Below are positions 39,875-51,000 of a stretch of 64,000 bases of DNA, in pieces. Made by a program: the position numbers and the translations under genes. The first letter of the stretch is position 1, and the number at the start of each line of letters is the position of its first letter. This stretch comes from Macrostomum hystrix. Lineage: Eukaryota; Animalia; Platyhelminthes. Where the stretch lies: contig CATNEN010000001.1 in NCBI GenBank assembly GCA_950097015.1, positions 13,268,001 through 13,332,000 of the forward strand, given 5' to 3'. The notes under the pieces are model-generated. The model ran no database searches, had not been told where the DNA came from, and saw only the letters and a list, made by a program, of their open reading frames with translations.

Positions 39875-41143
39875 GGAGACAGTTGAGCAAGGAATAAGAG
39901 ACAGTTGAGTAGGGATTGAGACAGTTGAGTAGGGATTGAGACAGTTGAGTAGGGATTGAGACAGTTGAGTAGGGATTGAGACAGTTGAGTAGGGATTGAG
40001 ACAGTTGAGTAGGGATTGAGACAGTTGAGTAGGGATTGAGACAGTTGAGTAGGGATTGAGACAGTTGAGTAGGGATTGAGACAGTTGAGTAGGGATTGAG
40101 ACAGTTGAGTAGGGATTGAGAGACAGTTGAATAGGGAATGTGACAGTTGAGTAGGGATTGAGAGACAGTTGAGTAGGGATTGAGAGACAGTTGAGTAGGG
40201 ATTGAGAGACAGTTGAGTAGGGATTGAGACAGTTGAGTAGGGAATGAGAGACAGTTGAATAGGGAATGAGACAGTTGAGTAGGGATTGAGACAGTTGAGT
40301 AGGGATTGAGACAGTTGAGTAGGGATTGAGACAGTTGAGTAGGGATTGAGACAGTTGAGTAGGGATTGATAGACAGTTGAGTAGGGATTGATAGACAGTT
40401 GAGTAGGGAATGAGAGACAGTTGAGTAGGGAATGAGACAGTTGAGTAGGGATTGAGAGACAGTTGAGTAGGGATTGAGAGACAGTTGAGTAGGGATTGAG
40501 AGACAGTTGAGTAGGGATTGAGAGACAGTTGAGTAGGGATTGAGAGACAGTTGAGTAGGGATTGAGACAGTTGAGTAGGGAATGAGAGACAGTTGAATAG
40601 GGAATGAGACAGTTGAGTAGGGATTGAGACAGTTGAGTAGGGATTGAGACAGTTGAGTAGGGATTGAGACAGTTGAGTAGGGATTGAGACAGTTGAGTAG
40701 GGATTGATAGACAGTTGAGTAGGGATTGATAGACAGTTGAGTAGGGAATGAGAGACAGTTGAGTAGGGAATGAGACAGTTGAGTAGGGATTGAGAGACAG
40801 TTGAGTAGGGATTGAGAGACAGTTGAGTAGGGATTGAGAGACAGTTGAGTAGGGATTGAGAGACAGTTGAGTAGGGATTGAGAGACAGTTGAGTAGGGAA
40901 TGAGACAGTTGAGTAGGGATTGAGAGACAATTCAGTAAGGATTGAGAGACGGTTGAGTAGGGAATGAGAGACAGTTGAGTAGGGAATGAGACAGTTGAGT
41001 AGGGAATGAGAGACAGTTGAGTAGGGATTGAGAGACGGTTGAGTAGGGATTGAGAGACAATTCAGTAAGGATTGAGAGACAGTTGAGTAGGGAATGAGAC
41101 AGTTGAGTAGGGAATGAGAGACAGTTGAGTAGGGAATGAGAGA
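39875..41143. repeat. 20/22-bp minisatellite GAG(AG)ACAGTTGAGTAGGGA(A/T)T
   Basis: Tandem units; same family as 50205-52235. Confidence 0.97.
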
Positions 41144-42097
41144 CGAGAAAAAGCGAGTCAGCAAAAATGGAAATCACAGATGGCGTGTCGATGAGATAAG
41201 AAATCGAGCCAGTGTCGAACCAATGACCTACAATTAGCGAGGCAGCCATCTCATATCTGATAAAATGATTTGGGAGGCGGAAACCCAGAGTTATCCCTGT
41301 TGCTAGGACGACACCGAAAACAAACAGTGCTTGGTGGATGAGAGAAGACAGACAGACAGTTTGCCAGTGAGGGCACAGTGTCAGTGAGGGATATTTCTGT
41401 CTGCGATTGGGATAAAAAAATTAATCAGGTCACGCAGCGCTCAATCGAAGAAGAAATCAGAGAGAAGGGCTTCATCAATCCCCGGGGGTTGACAATTTAT
41501 GATCAGCATCCGAGTCTCCAGCGCCTTAATTTAATTCCGAGCTTTCCAACTTAGGGAAATAGAAGTTTGAGCTCAGTCCCAGTAGGCACGAGCTAATTAA
41601 ATCTCAAGGAAAATCTGCAGAATCATTCTTTACCGCCTTGCTTCGAATATTTCAAAGGATGTGCATTCAATTTCCATAAAAGCTGTCACTGTTTCTTAAA
41701 AAAATGAACAACCTGACTCAATTGAAATCAGACTCAAAGCATTTCTGAATATTTTCAACGGTTTGAGAATAGAATAAATAAACAGATACAAAAATATCTG
41801 ACATCTGAATAAATAGGAAAGTGTATTTTAAATCAGTGACCAAAAAAAGCCTAAAAGAGGTAGAAATTACTGGAATAAATATAATTTAAGTGCACAATAA
41901 AAATTTCACCAGAAAGACGCGAAACTAAGAATTGATGCGAATTTTCGTTTCTAAGAGTCGTTAGCAACCGCAAGCACAAATATAAACCTTTTATTTCAAG
42001 GAAAAGTTGTAACCAGGTCCTTGATTTTTTTAAACAATTTTTTAATTAACCGATAAAAAAGTTTCTCATCGTCTAATATTTAATCACATTGTTATTG

Positions 42098-42511
42098 CCA
42101 GACCAATCGATCGATAATCTCAGGTGATTGATTGACAGTCGATCCTGCTGTGGCCAGACCAATCGATCGATAATCTCAGGTGATTGATTGACAGTCGATC
42201 CTGCTGTGGCCAGACCAATCGATCGATAATCTCAGGTGATTGATTGACAGTCGATCCTGCTGTGGTCTGACCAATCGATCGATAATCTCAGGTGATTGAT
42301 TGACAGTCGATCCTGCTGTGGTCTGACCAATCGATCGATAATCTCAGGTGATTGATTGACAGCCGATCCTGCTGTGGCCAGATCAATCGATCGATAATCT
42401 CAGGTGATTGATTGACAGTCGATCCTGCTGTGGTCTGACCAATCGATCGATAATCTCAGGTGATTGATTGACAGTCGATCCTGCTGTGGCCAGACCAATC
42501 GATCGATAATC
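42098..42511. repeat. 56-bp minisatellite with internal dyad symmetry
   Basis: CCAGACCAATCGATCGATAATCTCAGGTGATTGATTGACAGTCGATCCTGCTGTGG, about 7.4 copies with no spacers. Confidence 0.96.
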
Positions 42512-43069
42512 AGTCAGCATATTCGACCGCTCAGGTAGAAGTAGGTCAGATTTCGAGGAAGCACCCGGGCAGGAGAAATCAAAGGGAGATTTAGCGGCGG
42601 CACAAGCTAGGCTCCCATTGTCTGCTCGAAATTATGCAACTAATTTAACACTATGAGAATCAGATTATCGACTTTTTTTGCCAGCCCGACAGCAGTCGAG
42701 TAAAATAAGTACCTAATACTTAACTTCAGGTGAAATCTGATACCCCATATGCGGTGCTAACACTACAAAAGCAGAAAAGAAGCCTACAGAACAGTAAGTT
42801 ACCTGGATAAATTGGTGGATAGAAATTTGGAGAAAAAATGTTTAAGGAAACTGAAGAAGCTGCACAAAATAAACTCGATCCCTCGACTTTCATATCTCTG
42901 GAACAGACACGGGACAACGCTTACATACAGCTACGATTTCTCATTCTGTTGCTAACTGCAAAATAATTTCTCTCTAATCAACTGTCCCAGACAGCCCGTG
43001 ACTTGTCACCGCCGCGTCCGTCCCACCTAAGATCGCCCCAATGCCCCACAGGTGTTTCCTCGATAAATT

Positions 43070-46000
43070 TTAGTAGTCGCCCAGGTCGAAGCAGTTGTAC
43101 ACATCTGCCTCGAAATCGGCGGCGTTTTCAGCCTCAACCGCTTCTCCGTGCTCAAGGTCCTGGAATTGGGCAAATAGGAATGCAGCGGTTGGCACTATCA
43201 CCTGTTTCTGCTTTATGTCCAAGATGCAAATTATTGATCCACATTCCACACCATAGAATGCTCAATCCTCACCTCACAGTGCTCAATCCTCACCTGCCAC
43301 TGCTCAATCCTCACCTGCCACTGCTCAATCCTCACCTGCCAGTGCTCAATCCTCACCTCACAGTGCTCAATCCTCACCTGCCACTGCTCAATCCTCACCT
43401 GCCAGTGCTCAATACTCACCTGCCAGTGCTCAATCCTCACCTGCCACTGCTCAATCATCACCTGCCAGTGCTCAATCCTCACCTCACATTGCTCAATCCT
43501 CACCTGCCACTGCTCAATCCTCTCCTGCCAGTGCTCAATCCTCACCTCACAGTGCTCAATCCTCACCTGCCACTGCTCAATCCTCACCTGCCACTGCTCA
43601 ATCCTCACCTGCCAGTGCTCAATCCTCACCTGCCAGTGCTCAATCCTCACCTGCCACTGCTCAATCCTCACCTGCCAGTGCTCAATCCTCACCTGCCAGT
43701 GCTCAATCCTCACCTGCTACTGCTCAATCCTCACCTGCCACTGCTCAATCCTCACCTGCCACTGCTCAATCCTCACCTGCCAGTGCACCGCATAGCGCAG
43801 CAGAGCCGCCAAGCCGCCGAAGCCAGCGGAGAACTGGAAGCCCTCCGGACTGCGGCAGGCCAACAGCTGCAGGCGAGCGCCCGCAGCTGGGCAGCCGACC
43901 TCGGCCAGCCAGTCCACCAGCGGCTGAGCCTCCGCACCAGTCGACTCTCCGTCGCCGCAGACAACTGCAGCCGCAGCATTTCCGTTGACGCGGTGAATAA
44001 TGGCTCCGGCAGAGCTCTCCACGGGCAGGCAGTCAAACGGCAGGTCATCCCAAACCAGGATCGTATCCACAGCTCCCTGCTCCAGCGCTGACAAAGTCTG
44101 CTTGATGCCGTAGCTAACCAGGCCGCGGCCTCTGGCCACCTCTTCGAATAGGCGAGACAGCGAGCGCTTCTCCTCGGCGTAGGCCACGCCTACGAGACTG
44201 TCCGAGGCCAGCTCGATGGCCTGGTTGAGGCCGCATTCGCCGCCATAGGCAATGTCCACCAGCTGCAGTATCTGGTTAGTAACGGAATAGGTGCTGGCAT
44301 TATCACTAGCTCAGTTCTGACTCGCTATCACCGGACTCTACCCCGACCTTAACAGTAGCTGCCCTGTTCTTAATCCTCACCTGTATCTAGCCCATTCTCA
44401 ATCCTCACCTGTATCTAGCCCATTCTCAATCCTCACCTGTATCTAGCCCATTCTCAATCCTCACCTGTATCTAGCACATTCTCAATCCTCACCTGTATCT
44501 AGCCCATTCTCAATCCTCACGTGTATCTAGCCCATTCTCAATCCTCACCTGTATCTAGCCCATTCTCAATCCTCACCTGTATCTAGCCCATTCTCAATCC
44601 TCACCTGTATCTAGCCCATTCTCAATCCTCACGTGTATCTAGCCCATTCTCAATCCTCACCTGTATCTAGCCCATTCTCAATCCTCACGTGTATCTAGCC
44701 CATTCTCAATCCTCACGTGTATCTAGCCCATTCTCAATCCTCACCTGTATCTAGCCCATTCTCAATCCTCACGTGTATCTAGCCCATTCTCAATCCTCAC
44801 CTGTATCTAGCCCATTCTCAATCCTCACCTGTATCTAGCCCATTCTCAATCCTCACCTGTATCTAGCCCATTCTCAATCCTCACCTGTATCTAGCCCATT
44901 CTCAATCCTCACCTGTATCTAGCCCATTCTCAATCCTCACCTGTATCTAGCCCATTCTCAATCCTCACCTGTATCTAGCACATTCTCAATCCTCACCTGT
45001 ATCTAGCCCATTCTCAATCCTCACGTGTATCTAGCCCATTCTCAATCCTCACCTGTATCTAGCCCATTCTCAATCCTCACGTGTATCTAGCCCATTCTCA
45101 ATCCTCACCTGTATCTAGCCCATTCTCAATCCTCACCTGTATCTAGCCCATTCTCAATCCTCACGTGTATCTAGCCCATTCTCAATCCTCACCTGTAACT
45201 ACCATTTTCCAACTGTAACTACCCCATTATCTCATGTAACTACCCCATTATCACCTGTAACTACCCCATTATCCCCTGTATCTACCCCATTATCACCTGT
45301 AACTACCCCATTATCACATGTAACTACCCCATTATCACATGTAACTACCCCATTATCACATGTAACTACCCCATTATCACATGTAACTACCCCATTATCA
45401 CATGTAACTACCCCATTATCACATGTAACTACCTCATTATCACATGTAACTACCCCATTATCACATGTAACTACCCCATTATCACATGTAACTACCCCAT
45501 TATCACCTGTAACTACCTCATTATCACATGTAACTACCCCATTATCATATGTAACTACCTCATTATCACATGTAACTACCCCATTATCACCTGTATCTAC
45601 CTCATTATCACATGTAACTACCCCATTATCACATGTAACTACCCTATTCCCACCTGTAACTATCACATTGTTATCGGAAACTAGCCTATTCTTCTCAATA
45701 CATAATCTGAATGTATCAGAATACATTGTTATCAAATTCTCACCTTAGACGCCAGCCTAGGATCCAGCAGTCCGCCCTGCTGCAGGCAGTGTTTAAAATC
45801 AGCCGAGCCAGCCAACACGAGACCGTCCAATAGTAGCTTGCCGGACACTGGCTCGATGAACACAGCAGCGGCAGTCTCGGCCACCTTGCGCAGATAATTG
45901 TGTCTTTTCTCTAGTCGCAATCTGGCGAATCTCACAGCGGACTGGCCGCCTCTAGAGTGCTTCCTGGGCAGGTCAACCGATAGGCGATGCAAAATTTCGC

Positions 46001-46966
46001 GATTCGGACCGCTGACAACAGCGAATAGCGCGCCTGAGCCGTCGATCACAATGAAACCGAAGCGCCTTTCGTCCGATTCTAGCATAGCGCTGAGTGTGTC
46101 AACGTGGAAGCGACTGTCGCACAGGTAGACAGGCGATGGAATTGGCTTGCACGGCTCAATGTCGATTGTTACCTGTAAGGTCGGTTGAGCATGCTCTGGC
46201 TAATGAGTGGCTTAAATTAAATCGATGACAGTAGCAATGAGTCACATTTGAGCTCGAGCTCAACTTACGCCATTGAGGGCCAACTTCCAAGGCACAGTGA
46301 GAGTGTACAACTGCCTGACAATGAGAAAGTCAGGGCAGATGTATACACCTGTGTGAGCGTATGCCTGCGTACAGTATCTGTGTGCGTGTGTGCTCAGGAG
46401 TCAGCGAAATGGGCAGAATTGCCTCTTCACTGGCTGCCGGTCTAGTGGCACCAAAAAATGTGCCATTGCCCGCAGCCCACCTGCAAATATGAATATCATT
46501 TTTATTCATACATATCGGCTACTGAACCGAATTGAAAACTAATAGCAGTTCAAACCTTCTTCTCTTTCCCGTCGGGTGTAACAATGGTGCCGCAGAATAT
46601 GGCTAGGCCATTGTCCGGCACCCGACTGTAGACCTTCAGCCGCTGCTGCACAGAGGCCAGAGCCCATTGCACTGACAGGCGATTCACTCGAGATTTGATA
46701 TTGCATGCGGAACCCATCTCCTCGGCTAGGAGCTTGGCAGGCCTACTTAACGGATGCCTCGGCGGCACTAACAGGGTGATCAAACTGGTCCCATTGTGAC
46801 CTCGAACACCGTCCAACGATTTTAATAGGCGCTTTAATTTTAACTGCTGCTGCTGCTGAAGATCTACGGAGCTAACAGCGCCTGTAGGGGCTGGAGTCCC
46901 GAAAGATGAAGGCTGGACCTGCTGCTGCTGCTGCTTGGTCTGACTAACAATGAGTGCTGTTGCCAT
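43070..46966 (-). CDS. ETF1: Eukaryotic release factor 1 (eRF1) homologue, divergent, 4 exons, ~474 aa
   Basis: Exons (minus): 46966-46556, 46172-45744, 44271-43777, 43159-43070, all phase 0 and GT-AG. Motifs: [64 protein letters not shown], and terminal FDLGDY* (cf. human FFDLDDY). The last exon is absent from the ORF track. Confidence 0.93.
43259..43786. repeat. 21-bp minisatellite made from the eRF1 exon-3 donor (eRF1 intron 3)
   Basis: Minus unit GTGAGGATTGAGCA(G/C)TGGCAG, about 25 copies; the first overlaps the exon end CACTGGCAG|GTGAGG. Confidence 0.96.
44370..45196. repeat. 28-bp minisatellite CTCAATCCTCACCTGTATCTAGCCCATT (eRF1 intron 2)
   Basis: About 29 units. Confidence 0.97.
45190..45665. 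repeat. 21-bp minisatellite TGTAACTACCCCATTATCAC(A/C) (eRF1 intron 2)
   Basis: About 22 units, contiguous with the 28-bp array. Confidence 0.95.
46289..46447 (+). mobile_element. Second copy of the dispersed repeat (eRF1 intron 1)
   Basis: AAGGCACAGTGAGAGTGTACAACTGCC...GGTCTAGTG aligns with ~49028-49187. Confidence 0.8.
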
Positions 46967-47197
46967 TGGTGTCTGACCTTCTTTTAGACACTGAAAATTG
47001 AAGAGATTGACAATTCAGGCTTTGTTTCGATCAATAAATACTGGCCATAATAGGAAAAAATTCCCTAAATGCCATATAGAAAAGGACTCAAAAAATCCTA
47101 AAAGGGGATAATAAGGACAAGTCTCTATTAATCCTATATGGGATAATTCGGAAAAAATCTAAATCAGAAAATGGGAGATCTAAAAACTACCCTAATT

Positions 47198-47598
47198 AGG
47201 AAGAATTGTGAGAAATCATGAGCTACCCTGGTTGGGAAGAATTGGGAGAAATCATGAGCTACCCTGGTTGGGAAGAATTGGGAGAAATCATGAGCTACCC
47301 TGGTTGGGAAGAATTGGGAGAAATCATGAGCTACCCTGGTTGGGAAGAATTGGGAGAAATCATGAGCTACCCTGGTTGGGAAGAATTGGGAGAAATCATG
47401 AGCTACCCTGGTTGGGAAGAATTGGGAGAAATCATGAGCTACCCTGGTTGGGAAGAATTGGGAGAAATCATGAGCTACCCTGGTTGGGAAGAATTGGGAG
47501 AAATCATGAGCTACCCTGGTTGGGAAGAATTGGGAGAATTGGGAGAAGTCATGAGCTACCCTGGTTGGGGAGAATTGGGAGAAGTCATGAGCTACCCT
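47198..47598. repeat. 36-bp minisatellite between ARNT and eRF1
   Basis: GGGAAGAATTGGGAGAAATCATGAGCTACCCTGGTT, about 11 copies. Confidence 0.96.
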
Positions 47599-48050
47599 AG
47601 TTTCGGAAGAATCTGATGAAATCACAAAAAACTACTTAACACAGGCTAACTTACGAAAAAGCTAGATAGCGATAAAAAGTTGTAAATACAAACCGTGTGA
47701 CAATGGACGTCAAACTCGTATGGGTAAAAATGAGATTCAGTTTCGGTTATTATAGTTATGCACAAATACTAAACTTATGTACAGACAATTTACTAAAGGT
47801 AACAAAACAATTCGAGAGAAAAAAACGACACAAAACGGTAAGCTATTGTTTAAAACTGATTGAACATCAAGCATTAGCCAGGTAAAAAAGCCTAGCAAGA
47901 ATTGCAGCAAAGTAAAAATGAGACACAAAATTGATGCGACTTTGAAAAACTTGATACGAGTTGCAGAGGTACAACATTGAGACTAGGTTGGTGCCAGAAT
48001 TAATCGGCACCAAGACTGTTCAACTCGGGACAATGTTTGTTAGACTCAAA

Positions 48051-51000
48051 TCAGGGCAGTGTGGGATCCACAGAAGCAGCAGCAGCAGCATCAGACGCAC
48101 TGGAATGCTGCTGCTGATGCTGATGATGCTGATAAGCTATCAGTGGCGGAGTCTGGCCATAGGTGGCCGAGAAGTAGCCGTGATGCTGCTGAACAAGCTC
48201 GTGTTGAAACTGCTCATGCTGATGAGGATGATGATAGAACTGCTGCTGCTGCTGCTGGTAGGCTGCAGTTTGCCAGCAGTAGTCATCAGTCGCACTGCTT
48301 GAAGGGGCTCCGGTACTATCCACGGCGCCATACCAGACAGGATTAGCCAATGCGGCATTGCCGCTTCCGCTACCGCTGCTACTGTTGTCCAGGACTGGCT
48401 GCTGCAGTTGCTGAGGCGGCGGCGGCGGCGGCGGCTGATGAGGCGGCGATTCAGAATGCGGCGCGTACGCATGCCGCTGTTCGTAGCAGTGCGGCACAGG
48501 ATTGTAGAACTGGTTGGATCCGGCAGCGGCAGCAGCTTCTTGAGCATCGTGCAGGCTCTTAGCCGAGGTGCAGGTGCAAACAAGGAACTCCAATTCATCA
48601 GAGAATGGGTTGTGAAAGGCTGCCAGACAGCAGCGAATGAGCGCCGGCTCGCTGCCGCTCGACCCCTGCAAAGCTGTCATCAGCCGGCACAGGGCGGTCT
48701 GGGGCGCACCTTTGGCGGCGGCGGCTACATCAAAGGCGGAGCGCAAATTAGCCTGCTCGTCAGGTGTGGCCGCCTTGAATTAGGGGTGAACAGGTGACGT
48801 TAATTACGTGTGAACTTGACTTTAATTTACAGCCTGTTACGCTTTTCAGTTTTTGTCTGTTTTACAAAATTGTCTTTATTGTCTATTTAATAAACTGACA
48901 ATACTATATTATAGGGTCGAGTGGGGGGCGGTCTAACGCGTCTGACTGTCGCACCAAGGACCCCTGAGCTTGATTCCGCGGTGAGGCGCAATTTTCGTGC
49001 AATTTACGCCGTTTACGATCAACCTTTAAGGCACAGTGAGAGTGTACAACTGCCTAACGATGAGACAGTCAGGGCAGATGTACACCCTGTGTGAGCGTGT
49101 GCCTGCGAACGGTATCTGTGTGCGTGTGTGCTCAGGAGTCAGCAAAATCAGCAGAATTGCCTCCTCGCTGGCTGCGGGTCTAGTGTCCCTCCTGCAATTA
49201 TTATTATTGTTACAACAGTACTATTATCATAAATCCTATTTTGCTCACCAACTCAAGCAGCGATTTTCCCAGTAACTCGTGCGGCTGAAGGCCCAGCACA
49301 TTGGCGGAGCGTTGATCGCAGAAGCTGATGCGACAGTCTGGCGACAAACGCATGACAAACTCGTGCTGGCTGTGCGCGCTCAAATCGCTTCCGCTACCGC
49401 CAACCCCGCCAGGCAGTGATGTCACCTGGTGTGGATTGAAAATTAGCTTGATTGTGAATCGGACACTAGCAATTCAAATCGAAAACTGTTTTAATAAATA
49501 CCAATCTAGGTTTTTAGTACTCTTAAAGTGTCAATAAAAGTACATTTCAATAAGTGCAAATAAAAGTACAGTTAAAAAAGTGTCAAAAAAGTACAATTCA
49601 ATTATTGTCATTAAAAGTACTCCTAATTAAATGTCAATGAACGTACACTAAATTTAGAGTACCGCTAGACAAAAGTACATCTAAAAGTAACCATTAAAGT
49701 ACATAAAATGGTTCAAAAAGTACGCCTGCATACTATCTTGAATACTCTCAATAAAAGTACACATTTCTAGTGTTCTCTACCTGCAACCTGGCGATGCCAA
49801 CAAGGCACTGCTGTCCGCCGCCGCCGCTGCCGCCAGTTAACTCGCCAGATACGGATGACGGCGCAGAGTGCTGCTGCAGATGGGAATGCTGATGAGCATC
49901 GTCTGCCATGGCTGAGTTCGCGTGCTGCCATGTTTAGAGAAGGATAAAATTAATTGAATAAAACCTCCCGTAACTTCCTGTAGTTTAAATATGCAAATAA
50001 GTAAAGGAAACTTCACGCCTTGATAATTCTATACAAATAAACATGTATAAAGGGGTTGCAGCCAACTGGAAATAGCGTCTGGCTCGAGACTTAAACGTCA
50101 GGGGTTCGATTCCCGACTCCCGTGTAATAGCTGCGGCTGTGCTTTTGGCTGAACATACGGGCCAATTGGGGCAGGCGAAATCAATAATTAGTTCAATTAA
50201 AGGCTAGGAATGAGATACAGTTGAGTAGGGAATGAGAGACAGTTGAGTAGGGAATGAGAGACAGTTGAGTAGGGAATGAGAGACAGTTGAGTAGGGAATG
50301 AGAGACAGTTGAGTAGAGAATGAGAGACAGTTGAGTAGAGAATGAGAGACAGTTGAGTAGGGAATGAGGGACAGTTGAGTAGGGAATGAGAGACAGTTGA
50401 GTAGGGAATGAGAGACAGTTGAGTAGGGAATGAGAGACAGTTGAGTAGGGAATGAGAGACAGTTGAGTAGGGAATGAGAGACAGTTGAGTAGGGAATGAG
50501 AGACAGTTGAGTAGGGAATGAGAGACAGTTGAGTAGGGAATGAGAGACAGTTGAGTAGGGAATGAGAGACAGTTGAGTAGGGATTGAGAGACAGTTGAGT
50601 AGGGAATGAGAAACAGTTGAGTAGGGAATGAGAGACAGTTGAGTAGGGAATGAGAGACAGTTGAGTAGGGAATGAGAGACAGTTGAGTAGGGAATGAGAG
50701 ACAGTTGAGTAGGGAATGAGAGACAGTTGAGTAGGGAATGAGAGACAGTTGAGTAGGGAATGAGAGACAGTTGAGTAGGGAATGAGAGACAGTTGAGTAG
50801 GGAATGAGAGACAGTTGAGTAGGGATTGAGAGACAGTTGAGTAGGGAATGAGAGACAGTTGAGTAGGGAATGAGAGACAGTTGAGTAGGGAATGAGAGAC
50901 AGTTGAGTAGAGAATGAGAGACAGTTGAGTAGAGAATGAGAGACAGTTGAGTAGGGAATGAGGGACAGTTGAGTAGGGAATGAGAGACAGTTGAGTAGGG

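Noticed and set aside
43717-43776. eRF1 ending at TAG 43717, as the ORF track implies
   Set aside because: A downstream exon (43159-43070) supplies the conserved FDLxDY terminus through a phase-0 GT-AG intron.
43003-44091. 362-aa plus-strand ORF
   Set aside because: Antisense shadow of eRF1 exons 3-4 plus the 21-bp array.
46305-46345. Hammerhead ribozyme in the dispersed repeat (CTGACAATGAGAAA)
   Set aside because: The CUGAnGA..GAAA core is not intact, and the second copy differs at these positions.
42098-47598. CRISPR-like appearance of the 56-bp and 36-bp arrays
   Set aside because: Units are contiguous with no unique spacers, there are no cas genes, and the context is eukaryotic.
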